From contig OZ253446.1 in NCBI GenBank assembly GCA_965261245.1, positions 1,233,300-1,297,299 of the forward strand: a stretch of DNA of 64,000 nt. The letters are read 5' to 3'. The translations under genes were made by a program, and so were the position numbers. Below the pieces are notes generated by a model. The model ran no database searches and was not told the origin of the DNA. It saw only the letters and a program-made list of their open reading frames with translations. Shown here piece after piece: positions 27,113-38,214 of this stretch (the first letter of the stretch is position 1; each line of letters opens with the position of its first letter). This DNA is from Spirochaetia bacterium (GTDB lineage Bacteria; Spirochaetota; Spirochaetia; G963692905).

Positions 27113-27118
27113 ATAGAG

Positions 27119-28672
27119 ATGGTACGCTTTATATCCCGTGTGATTCATGTTTGCGTGGTGCTGGTTGTGGTTGGCGCGAGTGCGTATGGGCAGACGAGTA
27201 CGCCGCGGCGGGTGGATGTGCTTCAGCGCGGCGGGGCGGGGGTGTCGTCGGGTGTGCAGCGTCGGGATCCTTCGGCTATTAATTTTACTCCAGAGAGTAT
27301 CAGGCAAGCCATTAATGGGAATCTTGTGCGGCTCAGTTGGCTGTCGGTGAACTACGAGGCGGGGCTTGAGTATAAGGTGTACCGTCATGTTGTTCCGATT
27401 GACGGGACGACGGTTAACGGTGCGGTGCTGCTTGGGCAACAGGGTGCGGTGCGGGGCGAGAATGAGTATTTTGACAGAATTGAAGACGAGGGGTATTACT
27501 ACTACGGGGTGGCGCCGGTGGCGCAAGGGCTGGGGGAGAGTCGGTTCTTTGTTGTGCGGGTGAACGCTACCGACCAGGCGATTTTTCTCGGGGCCGATGG
27601 GACCAGTGGGGTTGTGAGCGGCGGGATCGGGGGGATTGCCGTGGGGGTGCGGGATGACGCTGTGGCGATCAAGTACACCCACCCCGGGGCGGGGGCGGAT
27701 GAGGCGCGGCGGCGGCGGGCAACGAGGAATGCAACTGACATTGGGTTTCTGCACCGCGATCAATACATCCTGCGCTCAACGGTGCAGATCATCGATGACG
27801 CCACTGCCCGGGGGGCTGCGCGGGTGGCGAAGGTGCCGGCGAGTGAGAGCGGGTATGTGGATATTCCCCCGCGGTTTAATACCGATTACTTTTATGCGGT
27901 TGTCCCGGCGCCGGCGGTTGAAAGTGTTGATGCGGTTTTGGAAATAGTGCCTGGGCAGAATGCTACGGTGTTTCCGGTGCAGGTGACGCCGAGTGAGAGT
28001 AGTGCGGAGGCGAGGGCGCGGGGCACCGGGGAGTATCAGGCCAGTGCGCGCGGGGATGGTTCGCGGCTGCGGTTGCCGTTGATAAACAGTGCGTACATCG
28101 GGACGGGGATATACGAAGAGGTGGAGATTGTTGACCCCGGGAGACGGGTGGTTAGTACCAGCGGGGGCCCGGGGGTTGGCGATGGGCAATATATCCGTGC
28201 CGGTGGGCTGCAGGCGACTATTTTGCCTGTTGACGAGCGTCTCAGTCCGCTTGGCGGGGGTCAGACTGCGCTGCAGCAGATACTCTATTCGTCGTTTGCA
28301 AGCGGGAATTGGAACGATGCCATTCGGCAGCTGCGCGGGTATCAGCAGGAGCGGCAGGCGGCGAGCAGCGGTGGGTCGACGACTGGGGAGCTTGATGCCC
28401 GGGTCTATTACTACCTGGGGCAATCGTATTTCTATGCTGGGCGTTACCAGGATGCCATAACTAACTTTGCGCGCGCACAGGCGGTGTACGATAGCGAGAG
28501 TGCCCCGTGGGTTGAGGCCAGTTTGCAGCGCCTTGGGAGCGGTGCGGGTAGCCAGAGCAGCAGCAACGACGGGGGCGGTGCGGGCAACGGTGCGGGCAGC
28601 GTTATCTCTCCGGCGCCGGCGGATACTATCATTGCCCCGCCGGCTGCACCGGCGAACGGCACTATTTTTTGA
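27119..28672 (+). CDS. Hypothetical secreted protein with C-terminal TPR-like region
   Basis: Signal peptide (VCVVLVVVGASAYGQ). FN3-like segment (LSWLSVNYEAGLEYKVYR). TPR-like YYYLGQSYFYAGRYQDAITNFARAQ. Confidence 0.55.
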   Translation: MVRFISRVIHVCVVLVVVGASAYGQTSTPRRVDVLQRGGAGVSSGVQRRDPSAINFTPESIRQAINGNLVRLSWLSVNYEAGLEYKVYRHVVPIDGTTVNGAVLLGQQGAVRGENEYFDRIEDEGYYYYGVAPVAQGLGESRFFVVRVNATDQAIFLGADGTSGVVSGGIGGIAVGVRDDAVAIKYTHPGAGADEARRRRATRNATDIGFLHRDQYILRSTVQIIDDATARGAARVAKVPASESGYVDIPPRFNTDYFYAVVPAPAVESVDAVLEIVPGQNATVFPVQVTPSESSAEARARGTGEYQASARGDGSRLRLPLINSAYIGTGIYEEVEIVDPGRRVVSTSGGPGVGDGQYIRAGGLQATILPVDERLSPLGGGQTALQQILYSSFASGNWNDAIRQLRGYQQERQAASSGGSTTGELDARVYYYLGQSYFYAGRYQDAITNFARAQAVYDSESAPWVEASLQRLGSGAGSQSSSNDGGGAGNGAGSVISPAPADTIIAPPAAPANGTIF

Positions 28673-28711
28673 TTTTTCCCAGTAGTTAGGAACAGGGGCG
28701 GGGGCGGGGGG

Positions 28712-30769
28712 TTATTTTCTGTCTAATTCGGTGCGTTTTCTTTCCCGGTCCCTGAGGGTGATGTTTGTGCGCACGTTGTAGGTTTCCAGGGATCCAAGGT
28801 AGAGGCGCCAGCGCGGCAGTAACGTGATGAGTTTGTATTTTGGAAAGATAAATACCCATAGCTCTTTGGCATCGTGGCAGCCGATCTCTACGCGCAGGCG
28901 CTTCCGCGGGACCTCGAGGGTTACTGTGTTGATGTCGGCAAGGCGGAGACGAGGCCGGGTGGTGGTGTCGTATCGGGTAATCTTGCCGTCGCTTGCCGAC
29001 CTGCAGCGTATTATCAGCTTATCGAACGAGTCGACCGTCAGGGAGACGTTAATCTGACTGGCAAAGTAGGCCTTGAGCAGGGTGTGTGAGTTGTTGTGCA
29101 CCTGGTAATCTACGCTTACCGTGTCTTTTTGGAAGCGGTATTTCTTTACCAGGTCGATGATGGCGTCGATGGTGCTGGTGGTGGTTTCCCAGGACGATTG
29201 CAACTCTACCGTTGCGCGCTCGAGGTTGACCTGCGGGGAGTGGTAGATTACGTCGCGCAGGTTGTTGGATGATTTCTGGTCGTGCAGGAACTGGTAGGGG
29301 CTGGTGGTGTCGGTGAGGATATGGTCGACAAAGCACGAGCGCAGATTGAGGCGGTTGAGCACGCTGGTTTTGTCTCTGTCCTCTGGGGCGTTGTCCGCAC
29401 TGATTGTATCGAGTAGGGCGTTATAGGTTTGCAGGTGCGATAATTCGACCAGCGCCCCGCCCCGGCGGTGTACGGTGCCGGTCATCACTCTGCTTTGAAA
29501 GATGTATTCGTTTAGTCCATCGTAATCTATATCGGCGGTGGCAATTGTGTTGCGGATGTCCTGCAGCTCTGCCGCGATTCTTTCGGCCTCGAGGAGCAGG
29601 GTGTATGCGCGCTTTTGCTGCAGGAGGTTATCCACGGGGAGGTGCTGCGAGTTCAAGTAGGTGTACCGGTTCTGGCTTTGCAGAAGCAGGTCGTAGGCCA
29701 GGCGTTTGCGCTGTTTGTCTCCGCGCATCTGTTTAACCATGGTGTGTACCATTTGGGTCTTTGCATAGAGGCGAGATTGCTGGGAGTAGTTGTCCGCCAG
29801 GGGTTTGGTGATAGGGACTTGCGGGGTATGGAAGTACCGCCGGGCCAGGGGGAGCGATTCCTTGTGTGCGTTGTGCGGGCAGATGGTTTCCAGCCACGGT
29901 TCGGCCTGCTGGAGGAGCGTTAGCCACTTCTCGATGACCTGTTTGCCGGTGTGGATAGCGGTATCGTCAATGAGCGAGACCAGCTTCCGCCGTGAAAACA
30001 TCTGTGAGCGGTGCAGCTCTTTGAGTGCCACCAGTACCTTGCGCGGCCGCTGTGTCGAGTACCACAGGTCAAACAGGCGGGTATTCAGGGGATAGACGAC
30101 GAGCGGGCGGCCGTTGCACTCTGTCATCACGGGGGTGTCGTCGTTTTCGTGTTCGTGACCGAGGCGGGCGCGGCGGCGGTAGTGGGAGGGCATAAGGTTC
30201 AGGTGGCGCCGAATTGACTTGACCTCGTTCGCATGTTCGCTGTTTCTGGAAAATGTAAAGCGCCCCCCCCCGGTATCCGTTGTGCGCTTTCTCTGGACAT
30301 CGTCGCTGTCGCGTAAGAAGGTATATTCGAGCCCGCAGCTGGCGAGTATTGAGGCGTATTTTTGCTCCCATACGAGGTGATTGAACCATATACCGCGCGG
30401 GCGCCACTTGAACAGCCGGCTAATCTGTGTGGAGGTGCGCTCTATTTGCTCGACGGCATCACTGTGCGACAGCAGGGGAAACAGCGGGTCGTAATACCCC
30501 CCGCTGAGAAGCTCGATGCGCTTCTCGCCCAGCAGTTCGCGGATTACCTGAATATATTCCGGGTGATGGGTGTCGATCCACGCCAACAGCTGCCCGGGGA
30601 TGTACAGGACTGCCGAGAGCTGTTTGGTCTTGTAGAACGACTTAATAAACGGGGACAGTGAGTTCTGGTATAACGCCTCTATTTGCTCACGCTGCCACGA
30701 AATCGGCAACCCATAGGCTACCCCGAAGACGACGCGTATTCTATCCAGTAGGGTCCTGCGTACAGGCAC
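28712..30769 (-). CDS. Glycoside hydrolase family 57-like protein (alpha-glucan active)
   Basis: N-terminal region (..IELLSGGYYDPLFPLL.., ..GIWFNHLVWEQ..) resembles the GH57 catalytic domain. GTG start. Confidence 0.6.
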   Translation of the reverse strand: MPVRRTLLDRIRVVFGVAYGLPISWQREQIEALYQNSLSPFIKSFYKTKQLSAVLYIPGQLLAWIDTHHPEYIQVIRELLGEKRIELLSGGYYDPLFPLLSHSDAVEQIERTSTQISRLFKWRPRGIWFNHLVWEQKYASILASCGLEYTFLRDSDDVQRKRTTDTGGGRFTFSRNSEHANEVKSIRRHLNLMPSHYRRRARLGHEHENDDTPVMTECNGRPLVVYPLNTRLFDLWYSTQRPRKVLVALKELHRSQMFSRRKLVSLIDDTAIHTGKQVIEKWLTLLQQAEPWLETICPHNAHKESLPLARRYFHTPQVPITKPLADNYSQQSRLYAKTQMVHTMVKQMRGDKQRKRLAYDLLLQSQNRYTYLNSQHLPVDNLLQQKRAYTLLLEAERIAAELQDIRNTIATADIDYDGLNEYIFQSRVMTGTVHRRGGALVELSHLQTYNALLDTISADNAPEDRDKTSVLNRLNLRSCFVDHILTDTTSPYQFLHDQKSSNNLRDVIYHSPQVNLERATVELQSSWETTTSTIDAIIDLVKKYRFQKDTVSVDYQVHNNSHTLLKAYFASQINVSLTVDSFDKLIIRCRSASDGKITRYDTTTRPRLRLADINTVTLEVPRKRLRVEIGCHDAKELWVFIFPKYKLITLLPRWRLYLGSLETYNVRTNITLRDRERKRTELDRK

Positions 30770-30785
30770 TGGTTATCTCTGCTTG

Positions 30786-31880
30786 TTACAGCGCTTTCTC
30801 TGATTGAGGATCAAAGAGAGTGATATGCTCCGACTCGACCGCCAGTTTTACCTTCTGGCCGGGTTTATGGGCAGATCTCGGCTCCACACGGGCAATCATC
30901 TGCTGCTTGTTCACCAGCACATAGAGATGCGTCTCGGCCCCAAGGGGTTCGACAATATCGATAACCGCCTCAAAGGTCGACCCTTGTTTGCTCTGGGTAA
31001 CATCAAGGATGTTCTCAGGACGCACGCCGAAGATTAACTTCTTGCCGCCGTAGCCTTTGGCTTTTTTGGCAAGATCGCCGTCAAGTTTAAGCTGAAAGCC
31101 GCCGTCGCCGCTCAGTGATACCGAGCTTCCGCTGACTGTGACATCCAAATTGAGGAAGTTCATTGGCGGGGAGCCGATAAACCCGGCAACAAAGCGGTTG
31201 TTGGGGTTGGCGTATAGGTCTAATGGACTGCCGATTTGCTGTACTTTTCCGTCGCGCATAACAACGATTTTGTCGCCCATAGTCATGGCTTCGACCTGAT
31301 CGTGTGTTACGTAGATCATGGTCGCCTGCAGGCGGTTGTGCAGCGATGAAATCTCGGTACGCATCTGTACCCGCAGTTTTGCATCAAGGTTCGACAGCGG
31401 CTCGTCAAAGAGAAAAACCTTTGGCTTACGGACTATTGCCCGCCCTACCGCTACACGCTGACGCTGTCCACCGGAGAGCTGCTTTGGTTTACGGTGAAGA
31501 AGGTTGCCCAGCTCAAGAATCTTTGCAGCCTCTTGTACCCGTGACTCAATTTCTTCTTTCTTGAATTTACGAATTTTTAGTCCGAACGCCATGTTGTCAT
31601 AGACAGACATGTGCGGGTACAGGGCGTAATTCTGAAATACCATAGCAATATCACGGTCTTTCGGCGGGATATCGTTCACCACCTTACCATCAATGGTCAA
31701 TTCACCGGAGGTAATATCCTCCAAACCCGCAATCATGCGCAGACATGTTGTCTTGCCGCATCCCGAGGGACCAACTAAAACAACAAACTCACGATCGGAT
31801 ATAGAAACGTCAATTGCATCAACCGCAGTAACATCACCGTCGTATACTTTCGTCAACTTACTTAATTCTAAATTCGCCAT
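30786..31880 (-). CDS. Sugar ABC transporter ATP-binding protein (MalK/UgpC/MsmX type)
   Basis: Walker A GPSGCGKTT, signature LSGGQRQR, Walker B FLFDEPLS, C-terminal TOBE-like domain. Confidence 0.9.
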   Translation of the reverse strand: MANLELSKLTKVYDGDVTAVDAIDVSISDREFVVLVGPSGCGKTTCLRMIAGLEDITSGELTIDGKVVNDIPPKDRDIAMVFQNYALYPHMSVYDNMAFGLKIRKFKKEEIESRVQEAAKILELGNLLHRKPKQLSGGQRQRVAVGRAIVRKPKVFLFDEPLSNLDAKLRVQMRTEISSLHNRLQATMIYVTHDQVEAMTMGDKIVVMRDGKVQQIGSPLDLYANPNNRFVAGFIGSPPMNFLNLDVTVSGSSVSLSGDGGFQLKLDGDLAKKAKGYGGKKLIFGVRPENILDVTQSKQGSTFEAVIDIVEPLGAETHLYVLVNKQQMIARVEPRSAHKPGQKVKLAVESEHITLFDPQSEKAL

Positions 31881-31886
31881 GAGAGA

Positions 31887-31947
31887 ATTATGACATATCT
31901 GCAGAAGTCATGCAAGCGTTTTTACAAAAAATTTTTAAAATTTTTTT
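31887..31947 (-). promoter_or_regulatory. Promoter TTGCAT-N17-CATAAT, 6 nt from ATG 31880, with an A/T-phased upstream element
   Basis: Hexamers at 31915..31910 and 31892..31887. A6T5A4T7 block at 31926-31947, 10 nt upstream of the -35. Confidence 0.5.
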
Positions 31948-31982
31948 GGCTGGTTTTTGGGGGTTATTTGCTGGAATTCTGA

Positions 31983-32675
31983 CTACTGGGCAGGCTGCCC
32001 GGAGACCGGTGTCTCCCCGGTGGTTTGATCGGAATTTTGATCACCACCAGGGGGCGCGTCGGCGCTGCCGTCGGCAGTGCTATCGCCAGGTATTTCCTGG
32101 CCGGATTCGCTAGTATCATCGACGGCAACCGGGCCGAGGCTGACGACCAGATCGATGCGGGTAAACGGTCCGATTGCGCTTTTGGGATCCGGGGCTTGGG
32201 CAATAATTATCCCCGGGGGCGCTTCGTCGAGTACGTAACTGACGGCATCAATTTGCAGGGTGGTATCCAGGTCGGAATCAAAATTTGCCACAAACGCCTC
32301 CACGTCGGCAACCGTTTTGCCGACGAAATTATCAATCCGCACCCCCGCTGGACCGCGGCTGATAACCAGGTTGACCCGCTTGCCAATGCGCACATTACTG
32401 CCGGCCGACGGCGATTGTTTCAGCACCGTTCCCTTGCTGTCTGACTGTTTGTCAAAATCGAGACGAATATGCGGGAGCAATTCGCGCTCCTGCAGCTCAA
32501 TGACGGCCTCGGCCAGCTCTGTGCCGACGACATCCGGGACAAAGGTTTCCGGCTGCCGGCGCAGGGTGAACAGGATAGTGAATAGCGCAACAAATGTAGT
32601 TGCCGCCAGCGCAATAATTACCGGTGTCAGGGGCGACCCCCCGCCGCCTCCGCCCCCAATGGGGTTGAAGCGCAT
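31983..32675 (-). CDS. PASTA-domain membrane-anchored protein
   Basis: TM helix (VIIALAATTFVALFTILFTL) followed by PASTA-like units (PDVVGT..A...L......V..QSP.AG..V..G..V.LVISRG). Start at ATG 32675. Confidence 0.6.
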   Translation of the reverse strand: MRFNPIGGGGGGGSPLTPVIIALAATTFVALFTILFTLRRQPETFVPDVVGTELAEAVIELQERELLPHIRLDFDKQSDSKGTVLKQSPSAGSNVRIGKRVNLVISRGPAGVRIDNFVGKTVADVEAFVANFDSDLDTTLQIDAVSYVLDEAPPGIIIAQAPDPKSAIGPFTRIDLVVSLGPVAVDDTSESGQEIPGDSTADGSADAPPGGDQNSDQTTGETPVSGQPAQ

Positions 32676-32742
32676 AATCAGTTCTCGCAACCGCAGGCGC
32701 GGCAGGCGTATATTTGTAAATCTCATACTATCGTTTCTCTGT

Positions 32743-33777
32743 CTATTCTAGTAGTGTACCAATAACCCGGGGGTAGCCGTTCAGGAACTCCTTCCAATCC
32801 AGCGCGCGTCTACCAGCCATCTGCACTCTCTGTATTGCAAGTACCCCATCCCCTGTTTGTACCAGTAATCCATACTCTTTGTCTACCCCCCCTGCTTCAC
32901 CTGGGCGGCAGGGGCGGTCGGGGGCGGCGGTGCTGGTGTTCTCGCTTTGCTCCGGCAGCGGCACCGCGCGCAAAATAGCCATACGGGTACCGGCAAAGGT
33001 AGTGTACGCCCCCGGCCACCCGCTCATCGCCCTGACCAGCCGCGCAATATGCCCGGCGGGCATATTCCAGTTAACCCGCCCGTCGTGTTTGGTAATTTTC
33101 CGGCAATAGACGGCATCGGCGCCGCGCTGTTTGCGCCCGGGACCCGCCCGTCCCGCAAGGATGCCGGCGGTAACCTGCACCAGCGGCTCCACCGCCGCCG
33201 CGGATAACCGCTCCCCAAGGGTCTGGCGGTCAACAAACCCGCCGTCCCTGCCCGCACCCACGCCCGCGTCACCAGCAGGCGGCGCAACCGCTACCTCGAC
33301 CTGCGCGTAGATGTCCCCGCAATCGATATCTTTGCTGATCCCCTGTATGGTAACCCCCGTCCGGGTATCGCCGGCCAATAACGCCGCCGCTATCGGGCTT
33401 GCACCGCGGAAGCGCGGCAGCAGCGAGGGATGTACGTTAATTGACCCCAGGGCGAACAGGCGTAAAAAGCTCTCTGGGAAGTACTTCCCGTAGGCAAAGC
33501 ATACCAGCAACCGGTACATCGCACTGCCGTCTTTCGGGCACACCGCGTCCCGGGCCTGGGCATCAAGGTTTTCCGGCGAAAACACCGGTATGTCGTATTC
33601 GCGGGCAATACGCGCCAATTCGGATGGCTCGCCGCCGTCTTTTGTCTTGCCGCGGCGCTGCTGTCGGTAGAGTGCGTGCGGGGTAATAAGCAGCCCGCCC
33701 ACGGCCCCCCCGCGTTCATAGAGGGCGCGGAACGCCGGCACGGCAATGGGATCGCTAGCCGCAAACAGTACAGACAT
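32743..33777 (-). CDS. fmt: Methionyl-tRNA formyltransferase
   Basis: Formyltransferase core (SINVHPSLLPRFRGASPI) and C-terminal domain. Lies immediately downstream of def. Confidence 0.85.
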   Translation of the reverse strand: MSVLFAASDPIAVPAFRALYERGGAVGGLLITPHALYRQQRRGKTKDGGEPSELARIAREYDIPVFSPENLDAQARDAVCPKDGSAMYRLLVCFAYGKYFPESFLRLFALGSINVHPSLLPRFRGASPIAAALLAGDTRTGVTIQGISKDIDCGDIYAQVEVAVAPPAGDAGVGAGRDGGFVDRQTLGERLSAAAVEPLVQVTAGILAGRAGPGRKQRGADAVYCRKITKHDGRVNWNMPAGHIARLVRAMSGWPGAYTTFAGTRMAILRAVPLPEQSENTSTAAPDRPCRPGEAGGVDKEYGLLVQTGDGVLAIQRVQMAGRRALDWKEFLNGYPRVIGTLLE

Positions 33778-34338
33778 CTACCGATCTCTGGGGGAACGGG
33801 GGCGGGCGGACGGCGCGGGTGTTCCCTGCTGTTCGTGGTAGTGACGCTGCAACCGCCGCCGCGAGTGCCGCGCCATCCGATCCCAAAACAGAATACCGTC
33901 CAGGTGATCAATTTCGTGCAAAATCACCCGCGCCTGCATTCCGGCGGCCTCCAGGGTGATGTGCGCGCCGTGCTGATCGTACGCACTAACCCGCAGGCTC
34001 TCTGGACGCTTGATATCGCCAAACGCCCCCGGGAGGCTCAGGCATCCCTCTTCGGCAACGATGCTGTTGTTTGACACCCACTCGACAGTCGGGTTAATTA
34101 TCACCCGCGCGACATCCTCCGGGGCCTGCATGACAAACACCCGCAGGGCCCGTCCAACCTGCGGGCCGGCCAACCCAATGCCTCGGGCCTGGTACATTGC
34201 CTCCAGCATCGCCGCCGTCAAATCGCGAATCTCCCCATTGATATCCGCAACTGCTTCGGCGACACCGTGCAGACACTCATCGGGCTCGGTGTGAATACGC
34301 ACATCCATATCTTTATAGATTATATCGCAAGCGGGCAT
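33778..34338 (-). CDS. def: Peptide deformylase
   Basis: GIGLAGPQVG, EGCLS and HEIDHLDG motifs. Confidence 0.9.
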   Translation of the reverse strand: MPACDIIYKDMDVRIHTEPDECLHGVAEAVADINGEIRDLTAAMLEAMYQARGIGLAGPQVGRALRVFVMQAPEDVARVIINPTVEWVSNNSIVAEEGCLSLPGAFGDIKRPESLRVSAYDQHGAHITLEAAGMQARVILHEIDHLDGILFWDRMARHSRRRLQRHYHEQQGTPAPSARPRSPRDR

Positions 34339-34359
34339 GCGTCAAGGCGGGTTTTATAT

Positions 34360-34518
34360 GGGGGGGGCGCTGCCCCCCTCGCTGCAGCCAGCGCACCCAC
34401 CTGCGCGAGCGCAGGCGGGTACCAGTGCGCTACCCACGCCCTGCGTGGGCACGGGCTCACTGCCGCTCGCCCGCCGCGCACTTCGCTGTCTTCCGCTACC
34501 CCCCGTCGCTTCTGTGAA
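34360..34518 (+). repeat. Family A repeat, copy A3
   Basis: Aligned by eye to A1. The tail motif recurs at 34637. Confidence 0.85.
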
Positions 34519-34699
34519 GATATTAAGTCACAGGTAGTGCATCAATTCCGAAGGCGCTGTTTGCATACACGACAGCAATACCACGCCAACCCAATATCAA
34601 TGTATGGTGCACCGCCCACGCGGTGCCAAAAACCAGCGCTACCCCCCGGCGCTTTTGTAAAGCATGCGTCTCCCACGCGGCAACAGGGATTGGGAGACA

Positions 34700-34771
34700 G
34701 TAGACCGAATGCGAAAGACCGTAGACTGAATGCGAAAGACCGTAGACTGAATGCGAAAGACCGTAGACTGA
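34700..34771 (+). repeat. 21-bp tandem repeat, about 3.4 units (GTAGACTGAATGCGAAAGACC)
   Basis: Direct reading. The last partial unit runs into GAGCTTGTCGAAG (34770-34782). Confidence 0.85.
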
Positions 34772-34842
34772 GCTTGTCGAAGTCTCGGTTGTTATATCAG
34801 CACTGGAGTTTCGGCACTGCTGCTATTCGGGCGGTTATGGGA

Positions 34843-35805
34843 TTACTGGCATACAAAACTACTGCATACCCCACTGGCACAATCGCTATTATTACCGCAA
34901 CCGGTGCCGGCCGTCCCATCGGTGCATAGACCGTTTAGACAAGCAAAATCGCAATGGCTACTAAAACCGCAAACACTACCCGCACTACCATCACCGACGG
35001 CCGCGCATACATCACTGCCGGACACTCTGGCACATGTCAAACCAGTATCACAATCGGCAATGGCGGCGCACGCACTACCCGCACGGCCATTGCTTGCCGC
35101 GCATACATCACTGCCGGACACAAACGAACATATCAAATTAGTATCACAATCGGCACGGTCGGCGCACGCACTACCCGCACTGCCATCGCTTGCCGCGCAT
35201 ACCGTACTGCCAAGCATACTGGACACACCGGACACAACGGCACATACCAAACCGGCGGCACAATCACCGCTAACATCGCAAGCACCGCCGGCGGCTACCT
35301 TGCCGCATGCGCCGGCATTACATACTAGCGGACTGGTACAATGGCCATCGATACCGCACACACTGCCGGCACTGCCATCACCGGCGGCACTGCATACTCG
35401 GCTACCGGTTGCACCGGTGCATATCAAATCAGTATCACAATCACCATCGGCAACACAAGCGCCGCCGGCGGCTACCTTGCCGCATACCCCATTACCGCAC
35501 ACTAGCGGACTGCTACAATGGCTATCGATACCGCATACACTATCGGCACTGCCATCATCGGCGGCACTGCATACCTTGCTACCGGTTGCACCGGTGCATA
35601 TCAAATCAGTATCACAATCACCATCAGCAACACAAGCACCGCCGGCGGGTATTTTGCTTGCGCTGCTGCTGCCAGTATCACAACCGGCCAAAATCATCAC
35701 AACCGCCAGCACTCCGGCCGTTGCTATTACGCCGCGTAGGCGTTTTCTACTCGCTAAAGAGCGACAATCTCTCTCTGCGAGTGTATTAAACAATTGTATA
35801 TTCAT
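34843..35805 (-). CDS. Cys-rich tandem-repeat lipoprotein (intact paralogue)
   Basis: MNIQLFNTLAERDCRSLASRKRLRGVIATAGVLAVVMILAGC lipobox. 8-Cys modules as in 17726..19075. GGAG lies 9 nt upstream of the ATG. Confidence 0.75.
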   Translation of the reverse strand: MNIQLFNTLAERDCRSLASRKRLRGVIATAGVLAVVMILAGCDTGSSSASKIPAGGACVADGDCDTDLICTGATGSKVCSAADDGSADSVCGIDSHCSSPLVCGNGVCGKVAAGGACVADGDCDTDLICTGATGSRVCSAAGDGSAGSVCGIDGHCTSPLVCNAGACGKVAAGGACDVSGDCAAGLVCAVVSGVSSMLGSTVCAASDGSAGSACADRADCDTNLICSFVSGSDVCAASNGRAGSACAAIADCDTGLTCARVSGSDVCAAVGDGSAGSVCGFSSHCDFACLNGLCTDGTAGTGCGNNSDCASGVCSSFVCQ

Positions 35806-35913
35806 ATTTCTCTCTCCTTATTTTCATTTTAACACAACAAAACGGATACACCAATGCCGAATGCGCCCCGCCGGCTTGATGCCGGCACTGCTGCTATTCG
35901 GCCGGTTATGGGA

Positions 35914-36904
<991 letters not shown>

Positions 36905-37037
36905 ATTTCTCTCTCCTTATTTTTATGTTAACACAACGATATGGGAGCGTCAAGTGAATTAGTAGAGAAATGTGCCTTTTGACGCCGTGGTTGCAGCAAC
37001 ACCCTCCCTCTCCGGCGTTTTGTTTGTCTTGTTCTCT

Positions 37038-38132
37038 TTACGGTGCAGTTGTCATGGTGCCGCCCGCTGCTACCCATAGCCCGTTGGCGTAATGGATATC
37101 CAGGAGTCCAGCGCTCACGTTACTTGTCTGTGCCGTCCATGCGGCACCGGTTACGCTGGTGGTTATGTCCCCCGCTCCCCCTCCAACCGCTACCCATAGG
37201 GCATTGGCATAGTGGATGTCAAATAACCCGCCGGTTACATTGCTTTCCTGCGGTGCCCATGTGCTGCCGTCTGCGCTGGTGGTTATGTCCCCGTCTTCCC
37301 CGACCGCTACCCATAGGTTATTGGCGTAGTATACGGCTTCCAGTTTACCGCTCACATTGCTTGTCTGCACCGCCCATGCGGTACCGTCTGTGCTGGTTGT
37401 TATGGCGCCGCTGGATACTGTATTTCCCATGTCGGTTACGCTGGCTTGACCAACCGCTACCCATGAATTATTGGCATAGTGGACGTCGTCCAGTGAGGTA
37501 TTTACATTGCTTGTCTGCGCCGTCCATGCGGTGCCGTTTGCACTGGTTGTTATGACTCCGTTCTCCCCAACCGCTACCCATAGGGTATTGGCATAGTGGA
37601 CGGCAAGCAGGGAGTCGCTCACGTTGCTTGTCTGCGCTGTCCATGCGGTGCCGTTTGCACTGGTGATTATGCCGCCGTCTGCTCCCACCGCTACCCATAG
37701 ATTGTTGGCATAGTGGACATCGGATAGGTTGCCGGTTACATTGCTGGTTTGTTCCATCCATTCGGTGCCGTCTGCACTGGTGATTACGTCTCCGCCGTCA
37801 CCAACCGTTACCCATAGGTTATTGGCATAATGGACGTCGCGCAGGTGACCGCTTGCATTGCTCATCTGCTGCTTCCATTCGGTGCCGTTTGCACTGGTGG
37901 TGATGCCTCCTGTGTTTATTGTGGTCCCCGTGTTGGTGACTCCCACCGCTACCCATAGGTTATTGGCATAATGGACGGCAGTTAGCCCGCCGGTCACACC
38001 GCTTACCCGTGCCGTCCATGTGGTGCCGGTTGGATCCTCGCTTGGTTGCTCGTCTGGGCAACCGATTAGTAGTATGCTGCTAATTATTATGGCCAGTAGC
38101 AAAGCCGCCGTTTTTATAAGGTATTTACTCAT
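37038..38132 (-). CDS. BNR/Asp-box beta-propeller lipoprotein
   Basis: Lipobox LLIGC. About 8 repeats of W..QTSNV...L.DVHYANNLWVAVG..G.ITTSA(D/N)GT.W. Start trimmed to ATG 38132. Confidence 0.75.
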   Translation of the reverse strand: MSKYLIKTAALLLAIIISSILLIGCPDEQPSEDPTGTTWTARVSGVTGGLTAVHYANNLWVAVGVTNTGTTINTGGITTSANGTEWKQQMSNASGHLRDVHYANNLWVTVGDGGDVITSADGTEWMEQTSNVTGNLSDVHYANNLWVAVGADGGIITSANGTAWTAQTSNVSDSLLAVHYANTLWVAVGENGVITTSANGTAWTAQTSNVNTSLDDVHYANNSWVAVGQASVTDMGNTVSSGAITTSTDGTAWAVQTSNVSGKLEAVYYANNLWVAVGEDGDITTSADGSTWAPQESNVTGGLFDIHYANALWVAVGGGAGDITTSVTGAAWTAQTSNVSAGLLDIHYANGLWVAAGGTMTTAP

Positions 38133-38138
38133 ATATAC

Positions 38139-38167
38139 ATTATACCACGGGAAAGGAATTTTGTCAA
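38139..38167 (-). promoter_or_regulatory. Consensus promoter TTGACA-N17-TATAAT, 6 nt from ATG 38132 (leaderless candidate)
   Basis: Perfect hexamers. Only GTATAT separates the -10 from the ATG. Confidence 0.6.
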
Positions 38168-38214
38168 ATTTTAGCAAATTTTGCCTGATATTTGACGCTT
38201 TCGTTTGTAGCCGG

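Noticed and set aside
27095-28423. Minus-strand ORFs (27095..27763, 27776..28423) opposite the secreted TPR-like protein gene.
   Set aside because: They are Arg/Pro/His-rich low-complexity translations with no start context. The plus-strand ORF has a signal peptide and a TPR-like motif.
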